In this document: piece after piece, positions 28,774-39,706 of the stretch
Layout: the number at the start of each line of letters is the position of its first letter
Position numbering within the stretch: the stretch's first letter is position 1
NCBI GenBank assembly: GCA_965215605.1
Contig: OZ244070.1
Span: 3,648,001-3,712,000 of the forward strand
Origin: an uncultured Candidatus Binatia bacterium
GTDB taxonomy: Bacteria; Desulfobacterota; Binatia; UBA9968; JAJDTQ01
Direction of reading: 5' to 3'
DNA length: 64,000 nucleotides
Notes under the pieces: generated by a model
What the model saw: only the letters and a program-made list of their open reading frames with translations
What the model was told of the DNA's origin: nothing
Database searches by the model: none
Translations under genes and position numbers: made by a program

Positions 28774-30623
28774 AGATCGAGGAGCTCAAGGAAAAGCTCG
28801 ACACCCTGCCCGCCGGTCCCGGCGTCTACCTGATGCGGGATCCGGCCGGAAAGGTGATCTACGTGGGCAAGGCGAAGGAGCTGCGGGCCCGGGTCCGCTC
28901 CTATCTGCGGGGCGGCGACGGACGGCCGCAGGTCGCTTTTCTCATGCGCCAGGCGGAGGACATCGAGACCCTGGTGACGAGCAACGAAAAGGAAGCGCTG
29001 ATCCTCGAGAACAACCTGATCAAGCAGTACAAGCCCCGCTACAACATCCGCCTCAAGGACGACAAGAGCTATCTGAGCATCAAGGTCACCGCGGGCGCGT
29101 GGCCGCGCATTCTGGCCACCCGCAGCATCGTCAAGGACGGCAGCCGCTATTTCGGACCCTACGCCTCGGCCGTAGCCGTGCGCGAGACCCTGGAGGTCAT
29201 CGAGAAGCACTTCCTGCTGCGGACCTGCACGGACTACAACTTCCGCAACCGCGACCGGCCGTGCCTTCAATTCCAGATCAAGCGCTGTCCCGCGCCCTGT
29301 GTCCATCCCGTGGATCCGGAGGAGTATGCCGGAAACCTCCGGCAAGCGGTGCTCTTCATCGAAGGCAAGAGCGCCGACCTGTTGCGGCACCTGCGCGTCC
29401 GCATGCAGGAGCGCGCCGCCGCGCTGGAGTTCGAGCAGGCGGCCAAGATCCGGGACCGCATCCGGGCGGTGGAGAAGACCCTGGAGAAGCAGCGCATGGT
29501 GTCCCACTGGGGTGCGGACCAGGACATCTTCGGGCTGTACCGGGAGGGGGGGTTCATCGAGGCCCAGGTGATCTTCGTGCGGCAGGGCAAGCTCACCGGC
29601 AACCAGGCCTATTCCCTCGAAGACCACCAGTTCGATGACGAGGAGATCGTCGCCGCGCTGCTGACTCAGTTCTACCAGGGAAGTCGCTTCGTTCCCGACG
29701 AAATTCTGCTGCCGGTGGACATCGAGGACCAGGCGGTGCACGAGGAGTATCTGGAGGAGCGCAAGGGCAGGAAGGTGACGTTGCACCGGCCGCGCCGGGG
29801 CGAGAAACACAAGCTGCTGGAAATGGCGCTGGAAAACGCTCGCCAGAGTTTCAGCGAACGGCACGACCAGGAGCGGGAACGGGAGAGAATGCTGCGGGAG
29901 CTGCAACTGAAGCTCCGCCTGAGACGGTATCCCCAGCGGATCGAGTGTTACGACATCTCCATGATCCAGGGCAGCCACGCGGTGGGGTCCCGGGTCTCGT
30001 TCTTCGACGGACAGCCGGACAAGCAGAACTACCGGCGCTACCGTGTCCGCACGGTCTCGCCCGAGACCCGCGGCGACGATTTCGCCATGATGTACGAGGT
30101 GGTCAAGCGGCGGTTCCAGCGGGGCCTGCGCGAAACCGACCTGCCGGACCTGATGGTGGTGGACGGCGGCAAGGGGCAGTTGCAGGTGGCTCTTGCCGCC
30201 TTGTCCGATCTTGGCGTGAGGGACGTGGAGGTGGTGGCCATGGCCAAGATGCGGGTCACGGCCTCGCCGCGGCTGGCCGAGATCGAACGGTCGGAGGAGC
30301 GGCTCTTCCTGCCCCATCGCAGCAACCCGGTGGTGCTGAGGCGCAATTCCAACGCCCTGTTTCTGCTGCAACGCATTCGGGATGAAGCCCACCGGTTCGC
30401 CATCACCTATCACCGGACCGTCCGCGGCCGTGAAACCCTTCGTTCCGGATTGGACGGCATCCCCGGCGTGGGGCCCGCCCGCAGGCGGGCGCTGTTGCGG
30501 CGTTTCGGCAGCCTGAAAAGGCTCCGCGACGCCTCGATGGAGGAACTGCTGGAGGTGCCGTCCATGACCCGACCCTTGGCCGAACGCATTCGCGATTCCC
30601 TGGAGACCGCGGACCGGCCGTGA
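28770..30623 (+). CDS. uvrC: Excinuclease ABC subunit C
   Basis: GVYLM..YVGKAK (GIY-YIG), Cys cluster, [24 protein letters not shown], HhH motifs. Confidence 0.98.
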   Translation: MKIEELKEKLDTLPAGPGVYLMRDPAGKVIYVGKAKELRARVRSYLRGGDGRPQVAFLMRQAEDIETLVTSNEKEALILENNLIKQYKPRYNIRLKDDKSYLSIKVTAGAWPRILATRSIVKDGSRYFGPYASAVAVRETLEVIEKHFLLRTCTDYNFRNRDRPCLQFQIKRCPAPCVHPVDPEEYAGNLRQAVLFIEGKSADLLRHLRVRMQERAAALEFEQAAKIRDRIRAVEKTLEKQRMVSHWGADQDIFGLYREGGFIEAQVIFVRQGKLTGNQAYSLEDHQFDDEEIVAALLTQFYQGSRFVPDEILLPVDIEDQAVHEEYLEERKGRKVTLHRPRRGEKHKLLEMALENARQSFSERHDQERERERMLRELQLKLRLRRYPQRIECYDISMIQGSHAVGSRVSFFDGQPDKQNYRRYRVRTVSPETRGDDFAMMYEVVKRRFQRGLRETDLPDLMVVDGGKGQLQVALAALSDLGVRDVEVVAMAKMRVTASPRLAEIERSEERLFLPHRSNPVVLRRNSNALFLLQRIRDEAHRFAITYHRTVRGRETLRSGLDGIPGVGPARRRALLRRFGSLKRLRDASMEELLEVPSMTRPLAERIRDSLETADRP

Positions 30624-32203
30624 AACCTCCGGGGCCCATGGCGCTCCTGGTCCTGCCGCTGCTGGCGCTCCTCGCCGGGCAGGCGGCGGCGGTTCCGGCC
30701 GCTCCCGGCGGACCGTCCTGGTGGAGCGGGGCGCTGTTGGCACCCGGTCTGGTCCTTTGCTTCATTCACCGCCGTTGGGGTTTGTTGGCGTTGGCGTGCG
30801 CGCTGGCGTTTCATTGGGGTCTGGCCGCCCATCACCGGCTGTTGCATCCCGGGTTTGCGCCGGGCCATGTCCGTCAACTCCCGGAGGGGCGGGAGCCGGT
30901 TCTCATCCGGGGACGGCTCTACCGTGAACCCGAGGGCAGGGGTGATTGGAGCCGCTGGTATCTCGCGGCGGAGCGGGCATGGACGCCGGAGGGGCCGCGG
31001 GCGGTCTCGGGGAACGTATTGGTCACGGTCCGGAACGCGTACCGCCACTGGCGCTACGGCGACGTCGTCCGGGTTCCTCTGCGCCTGCGGCCGCCCCGGA
31101 ACCGGGACGGCCGTTTCGATTACCGGGCGTTCCTGGCCCGGCGGGCGATCTATCGGGTGGCCTTCCTGCAAAACGACTGGGAGGCGGTGAGGGTGGAACG
31201 CGGCGGCGGGGTCCGCGGCTGGATCGAGACGGCGCGGCGGTGGATACGGCGGTTCGTGGAACGTCACTTCGAGCCGGACAGCGGCGGTCTGGTCAAGGCC
31301 TTGGTACTTGGGGACCGGGGCGGCCTTTCCCGGGAGACGCGGGAACGTTTCGCCGCCGTCGGCATGTCCCATGTGCTGTCCATCTCGGGCCTCCACGTGG
31401 GCATGCTCGGCTATGTGGCCTTCCTCGTGTTCCGCGGGCTCGCGTCGCGGAGCACCCGGCTGCTGTTGTCCGCTCCGGTCTACAAGCTGGCGGCCGCCGG
31501 CTCGTTGGTGCCGGTGATCCTGTACGCCGCCGTGGCGGGGGCGCGTATTCCCACGGTGCGAGCCGCCATCATGATCGGGCTGTACCATCTGGCCGTGTTG
31601 AGCGGGCGCCACGCCAACGTCTTTGGCGGCCTGGCGGTGGCCGCCCTCATTGCTGCCCTGTGGTGGCCAGGGGCGGTCATGGAGGTGTCGTTTCAGCTTT
31701 CCTTCCTGGCGGTGCTATCCATTGTCGGCGCCCTCCGGCTCTTCCGGCAGACGCGACTCCTGCGGCCTCCGGATGGTCCGGAGCGCGGTTGGTGGCAACG
31801 GCTGCGGCCGGTCGTCCTGCTGCCGACCCTGGTGCCCTTCTTCGCCGCCGTGGGTACCGGTCCGGTGGTGGCGCACCATTTCGGCTACCTGTCTCTCGCG
31901 GGCTTCATCGCCAATCCCCTGCTGGTGCCACTGGTGGGGTTCCTCATTGTGCCCGCGGGCCTGTTCATGGGCTTCCTGTGTCTGCTCTTCCCCGCGGCGG
32001 CGACCCTGCTGGTCGGAGTGGTGGAGATGTCCGTGTCGGCCCTCCTCTGGGCGGTGGGTCTCCTTGCGGCCCTCCCCATGGCAGCGCTTTCCGTGCCGAG
32101 ACCCGACCGGGTGACGGTGGGGGTCGCCTATCTGTTGATTCTCGCTGCGGTGGCATGCGCCCGCCGGTTCCTGCCGAGAGCGCCGCAAGGGCCCCTTGAT
32201 TGA
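30620..32203 (+). CDS. comEC: ComEC/Rec2 competence channel protein without a metallo-beta-lactamase domain
   Basis: FDYRAFL, ALVLGDR, GMSHVLSISGLHVG, RAAIM, SFQLSF motifs; many TM segments. Confidence 0.9.
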   Translation: MKPPGPMALLVLPLLALLAGQAAAVPAAPGGPSWWSGALLAPGLVLCFIHRRWGLLALACALAFHWGLAAHHRLLHPGFAPGHVRQLPEGREPVLIRGRLYREPEGRGDWSRWYLAAERAWTPEGPRAVSGNVLVTVRNAYRHWRYGDVVRVPLRLRPPRNRDGRFDYRAFLARRAIYRVAFLQNDWEAVRVERGGGVRGWIETARRWIRRFVERHFEPDSGGLVKALVLGDRGGLSRETRERFAAVGMSHVLSISGLHVGMLGYVAFLVFRGLASRSTRLLLSAPVYKLAAAGSLVPVILYAAVAGARIPTVRAAIMIGLYHLAVLSGRHANVFGGLAVAALIAALWWPGAVMEVSFQLSFLAVLSIVGALRLFRQTRLLRPPDGPERGWWQRLRPVVLLPTLVPFFAAVGTGPVVAHHFGYLSLAGFIANPLLVPLVGFLIVPAGLFMGFLCLLFPAAATLLVGVVEMSVSALLWAVGLLAALPMAALSVPRPDRVTVGVAYLLILAAVACARRFLPRAPQGPLD

Positions 32204-32339
32204 CTTTCCGGCACGCCTCTGTTAGCGATTATGCGTGTCGGCACGCGCCCCTCGGCGCGTGTAAATCCCCCAGTCGTCGGTCACCAACTCCCCTTATGAC
32301 AACCATCATTTCGTCGCGGGCGCCCGTTCGGGGGTGCAT

Positions 32340-33626
32340 ATGAAACTGACACGCATCAAGGGGTTCTCTGACGTGCTCCCTGGAGAAGTCGAAACTTGGC
32401 AGAGGATCGAGGACGCGGCGGTACGAGTATTTGCCACTTACAACTTCAAGGAGATTCGAGTTCCTGTCCTGGAGAAGTCGGAGCTTTTTTCGCGTTCGTT
32501 GGGGGAGTCCACCGATGTCATCGAGAAGGAGATGTACACGTTTGCCGACCGGGACGCCAAGGCGACGCTCCTGAGCCTCAGGCCCGAGGGCACGGCCGGC
32601 GTGGTACGGGCGTACGGCGAGGGCATGCTCCATCAGGTGGAGCCGGTGCGGAAGCTCTACTACCTGGGCCCCATGTTCCGGCGGGAACGGCCCCAGAAGG
32701 GGAGGCTGCGGCAGTTCCACCAGATCGGCGCCGAGGTTTTCGGCCGCACCGACCCCTTCATCGACGCGGAGCTGCTGCTGTTGCTGCGGGACCTCTGGGA
32801 GGAACTGGGAGTGGCGGGCACGGTCGTGGAGGTGAACTCCATCGGTTGCGTCCAATGCCGGCCCGGTTACCGCGCCGCGCTGGTGGCGTTTCTGGAACGG
32901 CATCGCGAGGAGCTGTGCGCCGACTGCGACCGGCGGCTGGAGCGCAACCCCCTCCGGGTGCTGGACTGCAAGCGCGAGTCGTGTGGAGGGATCGTGACCG
33001 CGGCGCCGTCGATCCGGTCGCATCTGTGCCCGGAGTGCCGGGACCACTTCGGCACCGTGCTCGACCTGTTGAAAGATTTGCGCCCGGAGCCCGTGGTCAA
33101 CGAACGGCTGGTGCGCGGGCTGGACTACTATTGCCGGACCACGTTCGAGTGGAAGGCCGGCGCGGGCCTGGGGAGCCAGAACACCGTGGCCGCGGGCGGA
33201 CGCTATGACGGCTTGGCGGAGTCCCTCGGGGGTCCGCCGGTGGCCGGCGTCGGCTTCGCGTTGGGCGTGGAGCGGCTGGCGCTGCTGCTTTCCGAGGGCG
33301 AAGCGGGCGAAAACGCCGCGCCGCTGCTGTACCTGGCCTGGATGGGCGAGGAAGCGCAGCGGTGGACGTTTTCCCTGGCCCATCGCCTGCGCCGGCGGGG
33401 TCTCCGGGTGGACCTGGAGGGCGAGTCCAGAAGCCTCAAGAGCCAGATGAAACGGGCCAACAAGTTGGGTGCACGGGCTGTCCTCATCGTGGGCGCCGAC
33501 GAGATGACAAGCTGTAAGGCGCTCGTACGCGACATGGCGACGAAGGAACAGACCGAGGTGGACTTCGCGGACGTCGATGACACTCTGGTCGCGCTTCGCG
33601 AAAGAGCAGACCAGGGTTCCGGGTGA
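32340..33626 (+). CDS. hisS: Histidyl-tRNA synthetase
   Basis: KEMYTF, LRPEGTAG, FRRERPQKGRLRQFHQ, LVRGLDYY, GGRYDGL motifs. Confidence 0.98.
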   Translation: MKLTRIKGFSDVLPGEVETWQRIEDAAVRVFATYNFKEIRVPVLEKSELFSRSLGESTDVIEKEMYTFADRDAKATLLSLRPEGTAGVVRAYGEGMLHQVEPVRKLYYLGPMFRRERPQKGRLRQFHQIGAEVFGRTDPFIDAELLLLLRDLWEELGVAGTVVEVNSIGCVQCRPGYRAALVAFLERHREELCADCDRRLERNPLRVLDCKRESCGGIVTAAPSIRSHLCPECRDHFGTVLDLLKDLRPEPVVNERLVRGLDYYCRTTFEWKAGAGLGSQNTVAAGGRYDGLAESLGGPPVAGVGFALGVERLALLLSEGEAGENAAPLLYLAWMGEEAQRWTFSLAHRLRRRGLRVDLEGESRSLKSQMKRANKLGARAVLIVGADEMTSCKALVRDMATKEQTEVDFADVDDTLVALRERADQGSG

Positions 33627-33630
33627 TCAC

Positions 33631-35427
33631 GTGAAAAACAGCAATGTGGATTTGATGGGCGACTGGCAGCGCAGCTGCCGCTGCGGCGAGCCCCGCGAGA
33701 GCGAGGTGGGCCGTGAACTCACCCTCATGGGCTGGACCCGGTCGCTGAGGGATCATGGCGGCCTGCTGTTCATCGACCTCCGGGACCGGACGGGTATCGT
33801 CCAGGTAGTGGTGAACCCGGAGGTGACGCCCGGGGCCCACGAGAAAGCCAAGCGGGTACGCTCCGAAGACGTGCTCGCGGTGCGTGGAAAGCTGGTGCGC
33901 CGTTCGGAGGAAACCGTCAACCCGAGCCTCCCCACCGGGACGGTGGAGCTCATGGCGCAGGAACTGCGCGTGCTGAACCCGTCGCAAGTGCCGCCGTTCC
34001 CGGTGGACGATGACGTCGAGCCCACCGAGACCAGCCGTTTCCGCTACCGCTATCTCGACCTGAGGCGGCCGCGCAGCCTGCGTCCGCTGGAGGTCCGGCA
34101 CCGCATGCTGACGGCCATTCGGAGCCATCTGAACGGGCTCTCGTTCATGGAGGTGGAAACACCGGTCCTCACCAAGAGCACGCCGGAGGGGGCCCGGGAC
34201 TACCTCGTTCCCAGCAGGATGCACCCGGGCAAGTTCTACGCGCTGCCGCAGTCGCCGCAGCTGTTCAAGCAGATTCTCATGGTGGGCGGGGTGGATCGGT
34301 ATTTCCAGGTGGTGCGCTGCTTCCGGGATGAGGACCTGCGCATGGACCGGCAGCCCGAGTTCACCCAGCTCGACATCGAGATGTCGTTCGTGCGCCCCGA
34401 GGACATCTTCGCCATGGTCGAGGGCATGATGGCGCGGGTCTTCCGGGAGGTGAAGGGAGTCGAGCTGGAGACGCCCTTTCGCCGCTTGAGCTGGGAAGAG
34501 GCCATGTCGCGGTACGGAACGGACAAGCCGGACCTGCGCTTCGGACTGGAGCTGGTGGAGCTGTCGGAGGCGTTCCAGGACTCCGGGGTAGCCATTTTCA
34601 AGCGGGCGCTGGCGGTCGGCGGCATCGTCAAGGGCCTGAAGGTGCCGGGAGCCGCCGACCTGTCGCGCAAGGAGCTGGACGACCTGACCGGACTGGTGGG
34701 CCGCTACGGCGCCAAGGGGCTGGCCTGGATCAAGGTACTGGAGGGCGAGTGGCAGTCGCCGCTGACGAAATTCCTGAGCGAGGGCGAGAAGGACGCGCTG
34801 CGGACCCTCACCCACGTACGGCCCGGCGACGTCATCTTCATGCTCGCCGATGACTTCGACGTCGTCAACGAGGGCCTCGCCAACCTGCGGCTGGAGATGG
34901 GACGAAGGCTGGGGCTGGTGCCGGAAGGCGCCCACGCCTTCGCCTGGGTCCTCGACTTCCCGCTGGTGGAGTGGAAGAAGGCGGAAGGCCGCTATAGCGC
35001 CGTGCACCATCCGTTCACCGCGCCACGGGAGGAAGACCTGCCGCTGCTCGAATCCGATCCCGCCCGGGTGAAGTCCCGCGCCTACGATCTGGTTCTGAAC
35101 GGCATGGAGATGGGCGGCGGCAGCATCCGGATCCATTCACCCGAGCTCCAGCGGCAAGTGCTGTCCCTGCTCGACGTGAAGCCCGAAACGATCGAGGAGC
35201 AGTTCGGGTTTCTTCTGGAGGCGCTGGACCTCGGCGCTCCGCCCCACGGGGGCATCGCCTTCGGCGTCGACCGCATGGCCATGCTCCTGAGCGATTCGCC
35301 CGCCATCCGGGACGTCATCGCGTTCCCCAAGAGCCAGCGCGCCGTATGCATGCTGACGGAGGCGCCGACCGCGGTGGATGCCCGCCAGCTTTCGGAGTTG
35401 CAGATCAGGACGCTGGCGGGGGACTAG
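33631..35427 (+). CDS. aspS: Aspartyl-tRNA synthetase
   Basis: RDHGG..FIDLRD, RYLDLRR, STPEGARDY, LPQSPQ, FRDED.R.DRQPEF, HHPFT, PPHGGIAFG motifs. Confidence 0.98.
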   Translation: MKNSNVDLMGDWQRSCRCGEPRESEVGRELTLMGWTRSLRDHGGLLFIDLRDRTGIVQVVVNPEVTPGAHEKAKRVRSEDVLAVRGKLVRRSEETVNPSLPTGTVELMAQELRVLNPSQVPPFPVDDDVEPTETSRFRYRYLDLRRPRSLRPLEVRHRMLTAIRSHLNGLSFMEVETPVLTKSTPEGARDYLVPSRMHPGKFYALPQSPQLFKQILMVGGVDRYFQVVRCFRDEDLRMDRQPEFTQLDIEMSFVRPEDIFAMVEGMMARVFREVKGVELETPFRRLSWEEAMSRYGTDKPDLRFGLELVELSEAFQDSGVAIFKRALAVGGIVKGLKVPGAADLSRKELDDLTGLVGRYGAKGLAWIKVLEGEWQSPLTKFLSEGEKDALRTLTHVRPGDVIFMLADDFDVVNEGLANLRLEMGRRLGLVPEGAHAFAWVLDFPLVEWKKAEGRYSAVHHPFTAPREEDLPLLESDPARVKSRAYDLVLNGMEMGGGSIRIHSPELQRQVLSLLDVKPETIEEQFGFLLEALDLGAPPHGGIAFGVDRMAMLLSDSPAIRDVIAFPKSQRAVCMLTEAPTAVDARQLSELQIRTLAGD

Positions 35428-35484
35428 CCAAGGCCAGCGACCCGGCCCGTCATGCCGAAGGTCGAGATGGCCCCGTTAAAGGCG

Positions 35485-35525
35485 AAGCACCCGTGCTTGC
35501 ACCAACCTCCCTGCTAATTTATAAA
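35485..35525 (+). promoter_or_regulatory. Sigma70-like promoter with a palindrome overlapping the -35 box
   Basis: TTGCAC (35497-35502)-17 bp-TATAAA (35520-35525); AAGCAC-CC-GTGCTT at 35485-35498. Confidence 0.6.
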
Positions 35526-35547
35526 GAAGGCCCTTCGGAGGTGAGCA

Positions 35548-35727
35548 ATGGCCAATCCGGTACCAAAGGATCGTGCAGAGTTGGACGCTGTGCCGGCTTC
35601 CAAAGAGGCTGGAGTGACCGAAGCGCTCGAACTCTATATGCGTGCTGAAGAGGTCTACGTGAAAGCCAACGCATCGTTCACAAACCCTCAGACTACCCGC
35701 ACTTCCAACTCTACCAACTCGGGATGA
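35548..35727 (+). CDS. Unannotated 59-aa protein MANPVPKDRAELDAVPASKEAGVTEALELYMRAEEVYVKANASFTNPQTTRTSNSTNSG
   Basis: GGAGGTG RBS upstream of ATG 35548; stop 4 nt before the protease TTG start; absent from the ORF track, whose shortest entries are 60 aa. Confidence 0.72.
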   Translation: MANPVPKDRAELDAVPASKEAGVTEALELYMRAEEVYVKANASFTNPQTTRTSNSTNSG

Positions 35728-35731
35728 CGCC

Positions 35732-36736
35732 TTGCCTACGTGGGGCGAGATCCTGAAAGAACTCCAGGCAAGCCGTGCGCCAAGCGGATCCGGGCCAGAC
35801 TTTGACGGTGTGCGGCGCGGCTATCTCCAGTCCGTGTACGAGCACACCGGCAGGCCGGTGATATTGTACTCCAGCGCGTGGTTGAGCGCCGCTGCCGCAC
35901 AGCCTGAGGCCCTTCAGATTACTTTGGCGGACATACAGGGGTTCATGGAGGTGCTCTCGAACATCGAGGGACCCGAACTTGACCTCATCGTTCACAGCCC
36001 CGGGGGCTCAGCCGAGGCAGCGGAATCCATAGTGGAGTACCTGCGGCAACGGTTCACGCACATCCGTGTGTTTGTGCCGCTTGCCGCGATGTCCGCCGCC
36101 ACCATGATAGCGCTTGCCGCGGACGAAATCGTTTTTGGGCAGCACTCTCAACTAGGACCGATCGATCCCCAGTTCATCATCCAAACCCCCGAGGGACCGC
36201 GCTCAGCACCCGCGAAGGCGATTTTGAACCAGTTCAATCAAGCCAAGGAAGAGTGCGAGGATCCGCGGAACTTGCCTGCTTGGCTGCCTATTCTTCGCAG
36301 CTACGCTCCGGGTCTGCTGAATCAGTGTCAAAACTCGCGGGACCTCGCAGCCAAGATGGTCGAGTCCTGGTTGGCCCGGTATATGTTCCAGGGGAGGCTC
36401 GATGCGGAGGATGAGGCAAGACGGATTGCGGACTGGTTCAGTGACTATGACGAGTTCCAGTCCCACGGGCGGCGCGTTGGCGTGGAACTCGCCTCAGACC
36501 AAGGGCTCCGTATCGAGCGGCTAGAAGATGACGACGAGACGCAGGATCGGATCCTGTCCGTCCATCACGCCACCATGCACACGTTTGCGCAAACACCGGC
36601 TCTCAAGATTATCGAGAACCATCTTGGCCGGTCATGGGTTTTGCTTGGAGGCGTGGCTGCAGTGCCAAGAGCACCTCAACACCCGCCCGCACCTCCGAAC
36701 CGAGTCGAACGGAGACGCCAGCCGAAGAGGCCGTGA
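35732..36736 (+). CDS. Soluble ClpP-class/S49-like serine protease (SDH_sah-type)
   Basis: LDLIVHSPGG, AMSAATMIAL (nucleophile Ser), LGPIDPQ, SHGR (candidate catalytic His); no signal peptide or TM segment. Confidence 0.88.
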   Translation: MPTWGEILKELQASRAPSGSGPDFDGVRRGYLQSVYEHTGRPVILYSSAWLSAAAAQPEALQITLADIQGFMEVLSNIEGPELDLIVHSPGGSAEAAESIVEYLRQRFTHIRVFVPLAAMSAATMIALAADEIVFGQHSQLGPIDPQFIIQTPEGPRSAPAKAILNQFNQAKEECEDPRNLPAWLPILRSYAPGLLNQCQNSRDLAAKMVESWLARYMFQGRLDAEDEARRIADWFSDYDEFQSHGRRVGVELASDQGLRIERLEDDDETQDRILSVHHATMHTFAQTPALKIIENHLGRSWVLLGGVAAVPRAPQHPPAPPNRVERRRQPKRP

Positions 36737-36987
36737 TCGATAGGTCAAAACCTGCAGCCTGCCAGACAGGTCTGGTCTGAGCAAAGCGTAGTGATTCCCT
36801 TTGGGCGCTTGAGTAGCGGTAGCTCGTGATCATCCCACGGGGAAACCTGGGAGACGCCTCTAAGCAACGGCTAGGATCGCGCACATGATACCCTTCAATC
36901 CTAGCCAACATCCCTTCCTCATTCTTCGGGTTACGCCGTGCAATGGGAATTTGTCAGTGGGTGAGAGAGGGACGGCCGGGATAGCTC

Positions 36988-37521
36988 CTAGCGGTCCGTC
37001 CAGTAGCGGGCCAACTCCTTCAGGTAGGTCAGCGTCGAGAGATCGGGCATGCGGTCGAGGTAGACGCGACCGCGCAGGTGATCCACCTCGTGCTGAATGA
37101 CCCGGGCGTGGAAACCGGACGCAACGAAGTCCAGTTCGTTGCCCTGACGGTCCAAGGCGGTCACCCGCAATCTGCCGTAGCGAGGTACTCTGCCGCGCAA
37201 CTCGGGGATGCTGAGACATCCCTCCCAGTCCTCCTCGGTCTCGTCCCCCAAGGGGATGATCTCCGGGTTGACGAGGACCGAAAGGGGCACCGGCGCTTTC
37301 CCGGGGTAACGGGCGTTGTCGGCAACCTCCAGCACGGCCACCTGAACGGGTTCGTGGACCTGCACGGCGGCGAGGCCGACGCCTTGGTACTCGCGCATGG
37401 TCGTCACCATGTCGTCGATGAAGCGTTGGAAGTCGGGTTGCGCCACCTGCTCTGCGGGAACGTCCCGGGCGGGATTGCGTAGCACGGGATTGCCGAGGCG
37501 CGCTACCTTGAGAATGGCCAT
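36988..37521 (-). CDS. def: Peptide deformylase
   Basis: GVGLAAVQ, EGCLS, QHEVDHL motifs; start MAILK at 37521. Confidence 0.96.
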   Translation of the reverse strand: MAILKVARLGNPVLRNPARDVPAEQVAQPDFQRFIDDMVTTMREYQGVGLAAVQVHEPVQVAVLEVADNARYPGKAPVPLSVLVNPEIIPLGDETEEDWEGCLSIPELRGRVPRYGRLRVTALDRQGNELDFVASGFHARVIQHEVDHLRGRVYLDRMPDLSTLTYLKELARYWTDR

Positions 37522-37590
37522 GGGGCTTCCTAACACGCCGTTTCCGGTTCGTTCAAGAAACCGCTGCTTCGGTCCGTCCGTGTCGACGGT

Positions 37591-37620
37591 TTGACAACAT
37601 GGATGTATTAGGTCTATATT
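37591..37620 (+). promoter_or_regulatory. Putative sigma70 promoter of the Rrf2-suf operon
   Basis: TTGACA-18 bp-TATATT. Confidence 0.55.
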
Positions 37621-37753
37621 TGGGTACGAGCGGATTGTTCGAAGATTCGTATTCATGAGTGTGCACCCATTTGCGGGGCGCAACACCAGGGGACTCGGCA
37701 TGCAAGAAGCCGCTGTGAATACCGCCAGGACCACCACCGACCGCAGCTCGCTC

Positions 37754-38194
37754 ATGAACATCGGGAGGAAGGTCGACTATGCCGTGCGGGCGCTCTCGTA
37801 TCTGGCGGCCCAGCCGCAACGCTGGGTGGTGGGCAGCAAGGAGATCGCCGAGCGGCAGGATATTCCCACCCACTTCATGTCGAAGATCATGAAAGATCTG
37901 GCGTCGGCGGGGCTCGTGGACTCCCACGTGGGCCGCAAGGGCGGCTTCAGCCTGGCGAGACTCCCCGAGTCCATCAACCTCAAGGAAGTCTACGAGGCGG
38001 TGGAGAAGCCGTTGACCCTCATGGCGTGCCTGGACCGGGATCATCGTTGCTGTGCGTACGACTCCGTCTGCACACAGATTTCGGTATGGGAGCGGGCGCA
38101 GATACTCTTGGCGGACTATCTGGCCGGGATCTCCATCGGCAGCATTGCCGACCGGGAGGGTCTCAAGGGTCGGTTGAACCGTCTGGACAGTTGA
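37754..38194 (+). CDS. Rrf2 family regulator (IscR-like, Cys-rich C-terminus)
   Basis: DYAVRAL, IAERQDIP, G.KGGFSLAR, C-LDRDHR-CC-AYDSV-C; heads the suf operon. Confidence 0.9.
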   Translation: MNIGRKVDYAVRALSYLAAQPQRWVVGSKEIAERQDIPTHFMSKIMKDLASAGLVDSHVGRKGGFSLARLPESINLKEVYEAVEKPLTLMACLDRDHRCCAYDSVCTQISVWERAQILLADYLAGISIGSIADREGLKGRLNRLDS

Positions 38195-38251
38195 ACAGGC
38201 GCGCCGAAACCGGACCCCTGTGGTCCGTCTTCGGCGGAGGATCGGAGAGAC

Positions 38252-39700
<1,449 letters not shown>

Positions 39701-39706
39701 GGAGCG

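Noticed and set aside
30620-32203. comEC as a pseudogene
   Set aside because: ComEC without the C-terminal beta-lactamase-like domain is a common natural form and the frame is intact.
32204-32339. T-box or attenuator upstream of hisS
   Set aside because: No T-box consensus, no His-rich leader peptide and no terminator.
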